Shown here: positions 20,842-30,192 of the stretch, piece after piece
Position numbering within the stretch: position 1 is the stretch's first letter
How the letters are laid out: every line of letters starts with the position of its first letter
The notes under the pieces: generated by a model
The model's input: the letters and a program-made list of their open reading frames with translations, nothing else
Told to the model about the DNA's origin: nothing
Database searches by the model: none
NCBI GenBank assembly: GCA_019721035.1
Contig: JAHEAA010000011.1
Coordinates: 2,150-66,149 of the forward strand
Direction: 5' to 3'
DNA from: Candidatus Sysuiplasma acidicola
GTDB lineage: Archaea; Thermoplasmatota; Thermoplasmata; Sysuiplasmatales; Sysuiplasmataceae
Length of the DNA stretch: 64,000 nt
Program-made: the position numbers and the translations under genes

Positions 20842-20959
20842 GAACCCAAAGTAGAAGGAAGGGATATATGTAGATTGATGCCCCGCCGGCTGCATGGCAC
20901 CGTGCAGCGGCTCCCGGCATTCGGCAATCAATTATTTACCGGCGGACATAAGGGCTTGC

Positions 20960-21544
20960 ATGAACGGGAAGAGATATCTCGTCAGGATCGCAAATTCCGA
21001 CTCAATACAAATATCACAGTATGCGAAGGTCAGGGAGAGGATGCGCTCGGCGCTGGAGAGGCTCGGATGCAGGCTGAACAGCTCGCGCATATCTGGTGTG
21101 GCCGTTGAAATCGATTTTTTTGCACCTGAGGGGGAAGCCGGGGAGAAAGCGGTGCGCCTGCTTTCAAGGATAGACAGGGTGCTAACAGTCTCGGTGCTCT
21201 CTGATGACGTGCAGGAGACTGGCGGCATCGGGGAGACACTCGAACATGCAAAGCAGCTCTTCAACGAGGAAAGGTTCTGGGAGGTGCATGAAGTCGTCGA
21301 GGGGTTGTGGCATAAGGCGAGCGGTGCTGAAAAAAGCGTTCAGCAGGGCATCATACTCTATGCCGCCGCATTCGTGCACCATCAGAAAAACGAGCGTGAG
21401 ACAACTATCGCCATGCTGAAGAGAGCAGTAGGAAAAATGAACTGGCCGCAGGACACATATTACTGCTTCGATTTACAGCTGATGAAGAGAAAGGCCGATG
21501 AGATGATCGAGAGCGGAAAGATCGAACCGTTCAAACTTTCCTGA
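20960..21544 (+). CDS. DUF309-domain protein with an unassigned ~95-aa N-terminal domain
   Basis: The C-terminal half, LFNEERFWEVHEVVEGLW...QGIILYAAAFVHHQKNE, matches the DUF309 pattern. I chose the ATG at 20960 (MNGKRYLV). The last 169 nt before the final 8 codons are duplicated at 24791-24959. Confidence 0.65.
   Translation: MNGKRYLVRIANSDSIQISQYAKVRERMRSALERLGCRLNSSRISGVAVEIDFFAPEGEAGEKAVRLLSRIDRVLTVSVLSDDVQETGGIGETLEHAKQLFNEERFWEVHEVVEGLWHKASGAEKSVQQGIILYAAAFVHHQKNERETTIAMLKRAVGKMNWPQDTYYCFDLQLMKRKADEMIESGKIEPFKLS
21348..21516 (+). repeat. direct repeat copy 1 (169 nt, identical to 24791-24959); candidate attL
   Basis: I compared the two stretches base by base. A mismatch lies immediately 5' of the repeat (g at 21347 vs c at 24790) and another immediately 3' (a at 21517 vs t at 24960). 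Confidence 0.9.
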
Positions 21545-21716
21545 AACATTTCAGAAACTTCCGTCCGGAAGATTTCAATCTCTGCGGCATCCGTACGCCT
21601 TCAGTCGGTGCTCAGTGCAGGACGGGAGCGTATTGGATATTACTGCCCATTATCTTTTTACCCGGTTCGGAGAGACTATTTCACGGCCATATGGTTAAAT
21701 TGTTTGTGAGAGTATA

Positions 21717-22061
21717 ATGGAAATGAGTAGCACTATGAAATGCGCAAAGTGCGGTCATTCACGTCTATGGCATGTGAATTCCAGCGAGTGCATGTACCCT
21801 GGCAGCCGTTGTTCATGCGTTGGCTTGGGAACAGTGACAGGCTACGACATAACGGCGATGATTTATTTTACAGGCATTGGTCTATTATTGAGCATAATCG
21901 GAGTCGTAAACATGGTCCTGGCTTTAATGGAGACGGGCCGCATCGGCTTCAGCGCCGTCATGGGGGCATTCACTCTTGCCTTAGGGCTGTTCTTTTTGAT
22001 TTATATGAATTACAGAACTCAGCGCATTGCACGAAAGGCTATTCTGGACTCCGAAGTTTGA
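21717..22061 (+). CDS. small membrane protein with Cys/His-rich N-terminal segment
   Basis: The 114-aa protein begins MKCAKCGHSRLWHVNSSECMYPGSRCSC. Two hydrophobic helices follow: MIYFTGIGLLLSIIGVVNMVLAL and FSAVMGAFTLALGLFFLIYM. Confidence 0.45.
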   Translation: MEMSSTMKCAKCGHSRLWHVNSSECMYPGSRCSCVGLGTVTGYDITAMIYFTGIGLLLSIIGVVNMVLALMETGRIGFSAVMGAFTLALGLFFLIYMNYRTQRIARKAILDSEV

Positions 22062-22182
22062 GACATCGTCTGATTTGAATCTGATTTACATCCAAGTTAC
22101 AGTAAAGACAGATAATTCTGATGTGTGAAAGAGGAAAAGGTTTGAGCGGTGCGGAAGGTAATTATACTGCTGTTTGAGCGCA

Positions 22183-23742
22183 CTATCCGTGATGCTCTCC
22201 CGCTCTCGCGACGGCTTTTCTCTTCTCTGCGGCCGCCGCTTTCTCTTCCGCTTTGTGAAGATCCTCTGCAGTCGGTCTCTTTGCAAGGAATGTTACGATG
22301 AGGGCTGCAATAAGCGCGAGAAGCGCGCCAAACACGAAACCCCTGATCCACTCTGGAGTAGTAGGTGACGCTGTTGCGAAGACAGTGCCCGTCATTATAA
22401 TGCCTGCAATTCCGCTTGAGAAACTGCCTCCCAGCGCTTTGAATGCATAAATTGATCCATAGTTGGTGGCGTTGTTTGTTTCTCCATAGTAGTCTGCGAC
22501 CATTGCTGCCGTCATTGGGAAATTGGTTCCCGAGAATCCACCTGATATCACTGCACATAACACAAACATGATTGTGTTGTGGTCGAGACCGGAGAGCAGA
22601 GTCCCGAGCTGGAAGATGAAATTCATCGAGTATCCGAACGACATGGTATTTTTCCTGCCTATGAATTCGGAAAGGTAGCCGTAAAATGGTCTGAAAATGC
22701 CATCGGTCAGTGCGAAACCGGCAAAACCGGCTACCGCAGCAAGCGTTCCGAGGCCCATCGCAATGGCAAACGGATAGTAAAACGCAACACCGAACAGGGA
22801 CGAACCTATGAAAAATGCATACTGAAGACCAATCCACTTCGCCTGCCTGGTTCCCCACATCTCCCTCAGCGTGTAATGTTTAAGCGCGGGAGGATTGCTC
22901 AACAGATCGCGTGTCGATTTCTTCCGCCAGCTCAGTGGATCTATGTCCTTGGGCCACCAGTTTTTCGGAGGGTCTTTCATGAAAAATCCGGCTATGCCTA
23001 TCAACACGGTCATCATGATTCCCTGGAACAAAATGTAGCCATTGGCGGTACCAAAGAAGTTCAACGGGTTTCCAAGCGGCAGACTAGGAGCTCCGCCTGC
23101 AGTCGTGGCAGCCCCCAATCCGAGAATGAAGGGGACGGCGCCATATGCCCAGCCACCATTTACAAAGCCTGTTCTCCACCCCTTCTTTTCCGGGTACCAT
23201 TTGGCAACAATGTTGATGGCACCAGAATAGACCATCCCGGAGCCGATTCCTCCAAGAACCGCGTATGATAGGAATGCTTCAAATGCGCCCACAGGACCAT
23301 TGGGGACCACTGCGAACCAGCCATACGCCACTACGCCGCATATGATTCCCCCAAGAATCGTGGCCCATCTCACCGGAAGCAGTCCTTTGTTCCTCAGCAT
23401 TCCGGTAAAAATCTGTACAAACGACTCAAATATGACAAAGGTGGAAAACAGCCAGCCAATCTCGCCAAGCCCCCAGTGGTGGCCTGCCGCAAGATCTCCG
23501 CTCAGTGCTCCCCATGTATATTCGAGCAGGCCGGCAAGCATCATTGCCACCCATGCGGCGATAATAACAACCATTCTGGAATAGCCCAAAATCTGTTTTG
23601 GTGTTTCGCCTACCCTGAAAACTCTGCCGAACTCATTCTTAACTTCCACATATCCTTTCTGGCCCACATTTTCTTTTGCAACTGCTGAAGATGCCATTTT
23701 ATTTATTCCCCTCTTTTTCGAGTCACCTTTCGGTCGCTTCAA
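22183..23742 (-). CDS. MFS transporter, oxalate/formate antiporter (OFA) family-like
   Basis: The protein is polytopic with about 12 TM segments. It contains LLEYTWGALSGDL, FESFVQIFTGMLRNKG, GGIGSGMVYSGAINIVAKWYPEKKGWRTGFVNGGWAYG, and a Lys/Ala/Glu-rich C-terminal tail. The stop codon is TAG. The real start may be the internal MASSAV. Confidence 0.8.
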   Translation of the reverse strand: MKRPKGDSKKRGINKMASSAVAKENVGQKGYVEVKNEFGRVFRVGETPKQILGYSRMVVIIAAWVAMMLAGLLEYTWGALSGDLAAGHHWGLGEIGWLFSTFVIFESFVQIFTGMLRNKGLLPVRWATILGGIICGVVAYGWFAVVPNGPVGAFEAFLSYAVLGGIGSGMVYSGAINIVAKWYPEKKGWRTGFVNGGWAYGAVPFILGLGAATTAGGAPSLPLGNPLNFFGTANGYILFQGIMMTVLIGIAGFFMKDPPKNWWPKDIDPLSWRKKSTRDLLSNPPALKHYTLREMWGTRQAKWIGLQYAFFIGSSLFGVAFYYPFAIAMGLGTLAAVAGFAGFALTDGIFRPFYGYLSEFIGRKNTMSFGYSMNFIFQLGTLLSGLDHNTIMFVLCAVISGGFSGTNFPMTAAMVADYYGETNNATNYGSIYAFKALGGSFSSGIAGIIMTGTVFATASPTTPEWIRGFVFGALLALIAALIVTFLAKRPTAEDLHKAEEKAAAAEKRKAVARAGEHHG

Positions 23743-24008
23743 TTCCTATCGATGAACGCTTCCACGTTCAGCCTTGCTCGAGACACCGTTCATTGCCCCC
23801 GGGGGCAGTAAATTGTCATCAGACGCAGTCCGTGACATCACGAGTGAACTGTTTTCCCCGGCCGCCTGTGTCGTCTGTAATGAGCTTATATCCTCAAGTG
23901 ATTTTGTTGAACCAGTGCAACTGTGTAATATGAGCAAAAACTGCCTGAAGCTACTGGTCGTGCACCGGCTGATAAGATGTCAGCACGGTTCAATCATAGT
24001 ATGTATTT

Positions 24009-24704
24009 TCAGCTTTCCTTAAATGCCGAAAAATCCTGGGAAAGCAATTTTGCCACATTCTTCTGCAGCTTTCTGACCCTGTATGAGAGTGTGCTCTTTG
24101 GAAGTTCCATCTTATTGCTGAGTTCGGTAAGTGTAGTGGCTCTGGGCCAGTCAAAGAACCCCTGTTCACTCGCGAGTTTCAGGAATTTGACATCTTTCTC
24201 GGAAAATCCCTTCAGGAGAGCGGTCATATAGAATTTGTAAAATATCCAGGGATACTCCAGCGAGAACCGTTCCTGGCTCAGTCTCTCAATTTTCAGTACT
24301 TTCGTGAATTTGTCGTTAATTAGCGACTCACTTATTTCCTTGCCGGCATCATTCACGAAGAACCATCTTTCATTACCGTTCATAACGAGGATAGGGTGCA
24401 GCCGAAAACCAAGGCTCTCGGTCTTCCTGTACATTGATGTCTGTGTCATCCTGTAAGATGCTATCGCCACGTTCCTGAACTTAGATAGAAGGGTGAAGTG
24501 GTAAACTTTGGGATGAAAGGAAAGAAATTTTATTGCATCTCCCAGTTCCTTAGCAGTCGGTGAGCTGACAAGACTGAATAGATATTGAAACTTTTCATCA
24601 ATTATTTGTGTATTCACCATCAAAATGAAGGTGTTCGAAAACATCTTAGTTGTATCAACCATAGGGCAGTCGGTTTGTGTTATCTCAATCTTCCAGATTG
24701 CCAT
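24009..24704 (-). CDS. HTH_10 (bacterio-opsin activator-type) DNA-binding protein
   Basis: The C-terminus EQGFFDWPRATTLTELSNKMELPKSTLSYRVRKLQKNV is the Bat-type helix-turn-helix. The N-terminal ~170 aa are unassigned. The gene is noticeably AT-rich. Confidence 0.65.
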   Translation of the reverse strand: MAIWKIEITQTDCPMVDTTKMFSNTFILMVNTQIIDEKFQYLFSLVSSPTAKELGDAIKFLSFHPKVYHFTLLSKFRNVAIASYRMTQTSMYRKTESLGFRLHPILVMNGNERWFFVNDAGKEISESLINDKFTKVLKIERLSQERFSLEYPWIFYKFYMTALLKGFSEKDVKFLKLASEQGFFDWPRATTLTELSNKMELPKSTLSYRVRKLQKNVAKLLSQDFSAFKES

Positions 24705-24790
24705 CTTCCCAGTTGCTTCTCGGACTGGTAGTGGTGTGAATGGATTTAATCCTGTCTCTAAGAGCTATGGCAATCATGGCAGTCATAAGC

Positions 24791-24959
24791 GCATCATACT
24801 CTATGCCGCCGCATTCGTGCACCATCAGAAAAACGAGCGTGAGACAACTATCGCCATGCTGAAGAGAGCAGTAGGAAAAATGAACTGGCCGCAGGACACA
24901 TATTACTGCTTCGATTTACAGCTGATGAAGAGAAAGGCCGATGAGATGATCGAGAGCGG
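24791..24959 (+). repeat. direct repeat copy 2 (169 nt, identical to 21348-21516); candidate attR
   Basis: See copy 1. The flanks diverge on both sides of the repeat. Confidence 0.9.
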
Positions 24960-24987
24960 TTTGATAGAAGTTTCCTCGCTTCCCTGA
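24791..24987 (+). pseudogene. orphan 3' fragment of the DUF309-type gene
   Basis: In frame it encodes IILYAAAFVHHQKNERETTIAMLKRAVGKMNWPQDTYYCFDLQLMKRKADEMIESG followed by LIEVSSLP and a stop. The intact copy ends KIEPFKLS and a stop. No N-terminal part of the gene lies upstream. The track ORF 24625-24987 upstream of 24791 is antisense to the HTH gene. Confidence 0.8.
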
Positions 24988-25111
24988 ATCGACTGCAGAG
25001 GAATCTCGGAAGAATGATGTCCGGCCAGCTTCCGCGTCTTCGCGGGCAGTGGCGTGTCTTTCGGCTCCCTTGATGATAGGTTGATAAAGTTTATTCGAAT
25101 CTGCGCATGCC

Positions 25112-25828
25112 ATGACGGAGTTTGTTCTGGTGCCTGGTGCATGGCTTGGGTCGTGGGTGTGGAAGAGAGTGATTCCGAAGCTCGAGGAGCAGGGCCACTC
25201 TGTCTGGCCGGTTACGCTGACCGGAATGGGAGAGAGAGTACACCTGGCATCGAAAGACGTTGGCGTCGAGACTGCAATACAGGACGTTCTCAACGTGATT
25301 GATTATAACGATCTGAACGATGTCGTGCTGGTAGGACACAGCTTCGCCGGAAAGGTTGTGGCGGCTGTGGCGGATCGTGCGCCGGAAAAAGTGAGTTTGC
25401 TGCTTTATCTGGATGCATTCAGACCCGAAAAGATAAGAACGCCACAGGGGAGTTTCAGTCCCGCTGAGTTTTCCCCGCCGCCGGATGCACTGGCTATACC
25501 CCTTACCGGGGAGATTCTGGACCTCATCGGGAAAGACGTTTCGGGTGCATATCGCGAATGGCTGCTGTCCAAGGCAACTCCATGGCCTTTGCGTCACATG
25601 ACAGATCCTGTGACACTGTCCGAGAACTTTGACTCAATCAGGAGCGCTTACATATTCTGCACAGCAGGCGGAGACAATGTGGAGGAAATTCTCAAAGGAA
25701 AACTGGATGGCCCTAACAAGGTTATTGAAGCCGGACATTACCCGATGATAACGAAACCCGGCGAGCTGGCTGAGGACATGCTCAGACTTTCAAGAGAGGC
25801 TGGCGGTGGATCACTGAGAAAGAACTGA
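25112..25828 (+). CDS. alpha/beta hydrolase (esterase family)
   Basis: The N-terminus is FVLVPGAWLGSWVWKRV. The nucleophile elbow is VLVGHSFAGKV. The C-terminal GHYPMITKP contains the catalytic His context. Confidence 0.8.
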   Translation: MTEFVLVPGAWLGSWVWKRVIPKLEEQGHSVWPVTLTGMGERVHLASKDVGVETAIQDVLNVIDYNDLNDVVLVGHSFAGKVVAAVADRAPEKVSLLLYLDAFRPEKIRTPQGSFSPAEFSPPPDALAIPLTGEILDLIGKDVSGAYREWLLSKATPWPLRHMTDPVTLSENFDSIRSAYIFCTAGGDNVEEILKGKLDGPNKVIEAGHYPMITKPGELAEDMLRLSREAGGGSLRKN

Positions 25829-25855
25829 TCTCAATTTCAAAGGAAGGAAATAATC

Positions 25856-26821
25856 TTGAAAAACTCTGTGATCGACTGGCTTCTTGGTGAAGACCAGCCG
25901 TCCATGAGATTCCTGACTATGACTGAGCTGCTGGGTACGCCGGAGACGACATCCGAAGTGAAGTCTGCAAGGAAGAACATTGCAAGAGTCGGCTGGGCTG
26001 GGGACATACTGGAAAAGCAAACCCCCCGTGGATTTTGGGTGAACGAAAAGAATCTCTACCGCCCAAAATATGTTTCGACGAACTGGATGCTTTTGATTTT
26101 ATCAGATTTGGGCCTCACAAGGGAGGAACCACGTATCGAAAAAGCCTGTCAGATCTGGATTAAAGATTTTGCGACGGAAGACGGCGGATTCAGTGCGTTC
26201 AGCAAGAAAAATGGCCACCTTTGCGTGGCAGGCAACACAGCCAGGGCCCTGGTCAAGTTTGGATATGCGGATCATCCAAAGGTGAAAAGGGCATTCGAGT
26301 GGTTTGTCAGGAACCAGTCAGAACGTGGCGGATGGTCGTGCGGGAACTTCGGGAAAGACAAAGGAAGAAATCTCGATTCCTGGGAACCTCTCAGTGCTTT
26401 TGCAGTGTATCCACGTCAAAAATGGACACGGAGCATGAAAAATGCCGTTGAGAATGCCGCAGAATTCTTCCTGGAGCGCGAACTACACAAGCAGGGAGAC
26501 CGCTACAGACCATGGTATCGCTTCCATTATCCTGTTCACTATTACTATGACCTTCTTGTTGGCCTTGATTTCATGACTGCACTGGGATATACTGATGACA
26601 GGAGGCTGGGTTACGCCATTTCCACACTGAAGAAAAAGAGGAGGCAGGACGGCAGATGGAACCTCGATGCTGTGAATCCTGATGCCGAAAGCCCTCTGGC
26701 CAAGTGGGTAAAGCTTCATCCGAATGAGGCTGCGATTCCGTTTGCCATTGAGAAGGCCGGGGAGCCCAGTAAGATTATCACACTTAACGCGCTGAAAGTT
26801 CTGCGACGCATTGGCGAATGA
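25856..26821 (+). CDS. hypothetical protein, possibly prenyltransferase/terpene-cyclase-like alpha-alpha toroid repeats
   Basis: The 321-aa protein shows recurrent aromatic/Gly repeat elements (DGGFSAF, ERGGWSC, QDGRWNL) reminiscent of prenyltransferase/squalene-oxidase repeats. The assignment is weak. Confidence 0.4.
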   Translation: MKNSVIDWLLGEDQPSMRFLTMTELLGTPETTSEVKSARKNIARVGWAGDILEKQTPRGFWVNEKNLYRPKYVSTNWMLLILSDLGLTREEPRIEKACQIWIKDFATEDGGFSAFSKKNGHLCVAGNTARALVKFGYADHPKVKRAFEWFVRNQSERGGWSCGNFGKDKGRNLDSWEPLSAFAVYPRQKWTRSMKNAVENAAEFFLERELHKQGDRYRPWYRFHYPVHYYYDLLVGLDFMTALGYTDDRRLGYAISTLKKKRRQDGRWNLDAVNPDAESPLAKWVKLHPNEAAIPFAIEKAGEPSKIITLNALKVLRRIGE

Positions 26822-27197
26822 ACATATCTACGGTCAGATGACTCGCCAGCCTTCTCTCCCTGAACCGGATGGGTCCGGGCTGTGGGCACGTGCTTCGACA
26901 AAATTGTTCAAGCGTCGAACAACTCAAATGGAGGTATAAATCGCGTTCAACGGGTATCGGAGAGAAAACGGTTCTGTCAGCTCGCCGGAAGCACCTCTGA
27001 ATATTGCGCGAGAATTGATCATCAACTCGAAATTTACAAAGGCTTTTCGCAAAAAACTTCAACTGCCGGCATAAAAGGAAAAATCGTAGCAATGCTTTTA
27101 TAGAAGTGCTTACTTACCAACATCAAAGTTCAGGACGTAAATCAGACACACCGCTTATGGCGATGTCCGGTTCCCTGATAAAGTATGAGGTAAGAAA

Positions 27198-28844
27198 ATG
27201 ATAGGACAAGCTGGAAATACACCAATACTGGTTTTGAAGGAAGGAACGAGAAGGGAAAAGGGCAAGGGGGCCCAATTTGAAAACATTTCCGCGGCAAAGG
27301 CCATTGCCGACGCCGTGAGAACAACCCTTGGACCCCGGGGTATGGACAAGATGCTCGTGGGTGGCCTCGGAGACGTTACGATAACAAATGACGGCGTGAC
27401 GATCCTGAAGGAGCTCGAAGTCGAGCACCCGGCCGCGAAGATGATTATCGAAGTTGCTAAAACACAGGATGAAGAGGCCGGAGACGGCACGACGACGTCT
27501 GTCGTTCTTGCCGGAGAACTGCTGAAGAAGGCCGAGTCGCTCATAGAGCGGAATGTTCACCCCACCGTAATCATAAAAGGATACAGGATGGCTGAGAGCA
27601 AGGCAATCGAAGTGCTCGAGAAGGCATCACTCCCCGTGTCGGTGAAAGACAAGGACATACTGAATGACATCGCAAGAACAGCGATGTACAGCAAGAGCGC
27701 AAGCAGCTCGATGGAGACGCTGGCCAAGATTTCTGTCGACGCCGTGACTGCGGTAGCCGAGGAGAGGGACGGAAAATACGTTGTTGATGACGACAACATA
27801 CAGTTTGTCAAGAAGCACGGTGCCAGCATCGACGAGACAGAGCTCATTGAAGGCATCATAGTGGACAAGGAGGCGTCGCACACGGCCATGCCCAAGGTCG
27901 TTGAGAAAGCGAAAATAGCACTGCTCGACGCGGCACTCGAAATCAAGAAGACCGAAATTGATGCCAAGATAGAGATAACCGATCCGTCGAAGCTGCAGCA
28001 GTTCCTTGCCGAAGAGGAAAACATGATAAAACGCATGGTCGAGAAAGTGAAACAGAGTGGCGCCACCGTGCTCTTCTGCCAGAAGGGAATAGATGATCTT
28101 GCAGCGCATTATCTCTCGAAAGAGAAGATTTACGCCGTGAAGAGAGTGAAGAAGTCGGATATGGAGAAGCTCTCCAAGGCGACCGGTGCAAACATAATCA
28201 GCCGCATAGACGACCTCACTTCGTCGGACCTGGGAAACGCACAGTCTGTGGAGGAAAAGAAGGTTCTCGACGACAGAATGACTTTTGTCACTGGATGCAA
28301 GAATCCGAAGGCCGTTTCAATACTGATACGCGGCGGGACTGAGCATGTCGTTGACGAAATAGAGAGATCGCTAGTGGATGCCACCAGCGTGGTCGCTGTC
28401 GCGATAGAGGACGGCAGAATGACTTACGGGGGAGGTGCAATGGCAACGGAGCTGGCGCTTAAACTCGGGGACTATGCCACATCCGTGGGCGGAAGGGAGC
28501 AGATTGCAATCGAGGCGTATGCGGAGGCATTTGAAGTTGTGCCCACAACGCTCGCCGAGAACGCAGGCCTCGACCCGATTGACATACTCATCGACATAAG
28601 GAAGGCGCACAAGAACGGACAGGTCTCTGCTGGAGTTAACGTGATAACGGGCAAGGTCGGCGACATGAAGAGAGAAAAAGTCATCGAGCCGATTAGAGTT
28701 GGCAGGCAGGCAATCCATTCTGCCACAGACGCCGCCGTCATGATACTGAAGATTGACGACGTCATAGCGTCCAAGGCAAAGGACATGGCGCCGCCAAAGG
28801 GCGGAGCTGGCGGCATGGGTGGAATGGGCGGAGAAGATTACTGA
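27198..28844 (+). CDS. ths: thermosome subunit (group II chaperonin)
   Basis: The translation contains [59 protein letters not shown] and a GGMGGMGG C-terminal tail. Confidence 0.97.
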   Translation: MIGQAGNTPILVLKEGTRREKGKGAQFENISAAKAIADAVRTTLGPRGMDKMLVGGLGDVTITNDGVTILKELEVEHPAAKMIIEVAKTQDEEAGDGTTTSVVLAGELLKKAESLIERNVHPTVIIKGYRMAESKAIEVLEKASLPVSVKDKDILNDIARTAMYSKSASSSMETLAKISVDAVTAVAEERDGKYVVDDDNIQFVKKHGASIDETELIEGIIVDKEASHTAMPKVVEKAKIALLDAALEIKKTEIDAKIEITDPSKLQQFLAEEENMIKRMVEKVKQSGATVLFCQKGIDDLAAHYLSKEKIYAVKRVKKSDMEKLSKATGANIISRIDDLTSSDLGNAQSVEEKKVLDDRMTFVTGCKNPKAVSILIRGGTEHVVDEIERSLVDATSVVAVAIEDGRMTYGGGAMATELALKLGDYATSVGGREQIAIEAYAEAFEVVPTTLAENAGLDPIDILIDIRKAHKNGQVSAGVNVITGKVGDMKREKVIEPIRVGRQAIHSATDAAVMILKIDDVIASKAKDMAPPKGGAGGMGGMGGEDY

Positions 28845-28885
28845 GCAGCCACCCCTGCGAAGAGTAGCGAACAAACACTTTACCT

Positions 28886-28898
28886 TATTTTCATTTTG
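28886..28898 (+). terminator. oligo-T tract downstream of the thermosome gene
   Basis: TTATTTTCATTTT lies about 40 nt after the stop codon. Archaeal termination commonly uses oligo-T, but the call rests on position only. Confidence 0.3.
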
Positions 28899-28962
28899 AA
28901 CAACGTTGAGCGGAATGGGCGAAAGCATTAAATTTCATGTGCATGTTCAATTTACGATATTT

Positions 28963-29175
28963 ATGGTAATGCCGCTGGTGTTGCTCGAGAAATCACTTAA
29001 CAAACGTGTAACGCTACTGCTCAAGGACAGCAGGATGCTCGAAGGCAGACTCGTCGGTTACGACGAATTCATGAACCTGGTGCTGGAAGATACGGAAGAG
29101 AGAACGGCGGATCAGACCAGGAAGATCGGCTCAGTCATACTCAGAGGAAACAACGTAGTATCCATATCCCCCTGA
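28963..29175 (+). CDS. Sm-like archaeal protein (SmAP/LSm)
   Basis: The Sm1 and Sm2 motifs read PLVLLEKSLNKRVTLLLKDSRMLEGRLVGYDEFMNLVLEDTEE...IGSVILRGNNVVSISP. I prefer the ATG at 28963 or 28969 over the longer track ORF. Confidence 0.85.
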   Translation: MVMPLVLLEKSLNKRVTLLLKDSRMLEGRLVGYDEFMNLVLEDTEERTADQTRKIGSVILRGNNVVSISP

Positions 29176-29194
29176 ACTGTTCCACCCGAAAAGG

Positions 29195-30184
29195 ATGTTA
29201 AACTCCTTGACCGATGCAGTCATTCTCGCAGGGGGTCTCGGGACAAGGCTCAGGCCCCTGACAAACAGTACGCCCAAACCACTTGTGAGGCTCGCAGGCA
29301 TACCGCTCATCAGGCGAATAGTGGACAGCATACCGGACAGCATAGAGCGGGTGTTTATAGCTGCAGGATACAGGGCTCAGGAACTTTCAGATTATTTTAA
29401 AACAGATTATGCAGTTGCCGGGAGAGATATACAGGTCGTAACTGAAGAGAGTCCCCTTGGCACGGCCGGCGCACTCTGGAACCTGCGCAACGAACTTGAC
29501 GAAGAGTTTGTCGTGTTCAACGGCGATGTTGTTTCCAGCCTGAATGTTCCGGATATCATTTCATTTCACAGAAAAATGAGTGCAATAGCTACCATTTCTG
29601 CATGGGAGGTGGACAACCCGGAGCCCTACGGGGTGCTGCAAATCGACACGGATGACAGGATAACCGGTTTCATGGAAAAGCCGAAAAAGGAACAGGCGGT
29701 GAGCAGATTCATTAATGCCGGAACTTACGTCATGCGCAGGAGCGTGCTTGACTTCATGAATGACGGTACATTTTCGCTTGAAAGAGAGATCTTTCCCCAA
29801 CTGTGCTCGGATCGTATATTCGGATACCGTTTCAACGGCTACTGGATTGACTGCGGCTCGCTGGATTCATACCTCCGCGCACAATCCACAGTATTGATCG
29901 CAGAGAGCAGGGGTATAGAGAAGGGAGTGAAACTTGAGGGGTGCCTGATAGAGAGGCCCGTCTCGATCGAAAAGGGGGCAAAAATCAGGGGAACCAGGAT
30001 TGGTCCGAACGTTTATGTCGAGAGAGGATGCTCGATTGGGGAAGGGAGCGTTCTGGACAATTGTGTGATCATGAAGGACTCGAGAGTGGGATGCGGATGC
30101 ACTGTCAGCGGCAGCATAATAGGTCCGGACTGCACGCTTGCCGATAAAGCCATGAGTCACAATCAAATATTGGTGAAGCAATAG
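29195..30184 (+). CDS. sugar-1-phosphate nucleotidyltransferase with C-terminal left-handed beta-helix (hexapeptide) domain
   Basis: The N-terminus is AVILAGGLGTRLRPLTNSTPKPLV. The C-terminal region has hexapeptide-like repeats (IGPNVYVERGCSIGEGSVLDNCVIM). The stop codon is TAG. Confidence 0.8.
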   Translation: MLNSLTDAVILAGGLGTRLRPLTNSTPKPLVRLAGIPLIRRIVDSIPDSIERVFIAAGYRAQELSDYFKTDYAVAGRDIQVVTEESPLGTAGALWNLRNELDEEFVVFNGDVVSSLNVPDIISFHRKMSAIATISAWEVDNPEPYGVLQIDTDDRITGFMEKPKKEQAVSRFINAGTYVMRRSVLDFMNDGTFSLEREIFPQLCSDRIFGYRFNGYWIDCGSLDSYLRAQSTVLIAESRGIEKGVKLEGCLIERPVSIEKGAKIRGTRIGPNVYVERGCSIGEGSVLDNCVIMKDSRVGCGCTVSGSIIGPDCTLADKAMSHNQILVKQ

Positions 30185-30192
30185 GCATCGAT

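Larger units (their letters stand above)
21517..24790. mobile_element. 3.27-kb repeat-bounded insertion (candidate integrated element or remnant, no integrase seen)
   Basis: The segment is bounded by the 169-nt perfect direct repeats. It carries three genes unrelated to their neighbours and looks AT-richer by eye. One of the two TAG stop codons in the window lies here. Confidence 0.45.

Noticed and set aside
24625-24790. Upstream part of track ORF 24625-24987, which makes the duplicated DUF309 fragment look like an intact 120-aa gene
   Set aside because: This part is antisense to the start of the HTH gene (24009-24704). It has no similarity to the N-terminal part of the intact DUF309-type gene, so only 24791-24987 is a gene fragment.
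26822-27197. 376-nt gap upstream of the thermosome gene containing track ORFs 26882-27103 (+) and 26784-27092 (-)
   Set aside because: Neither ORF has protein-like composition or a recognisable motif, and they overlap each other. The gap is more likely a long promoter/leader region. I could not identify a heat-shock operator.
28790-28841. Short Gly/Met-coding repeats at the thermosome 3' end
   Set aside because: This is the normal GGM-repeat C-terminal tail of group II and group I chaperonins and is not a genomic repeat element.
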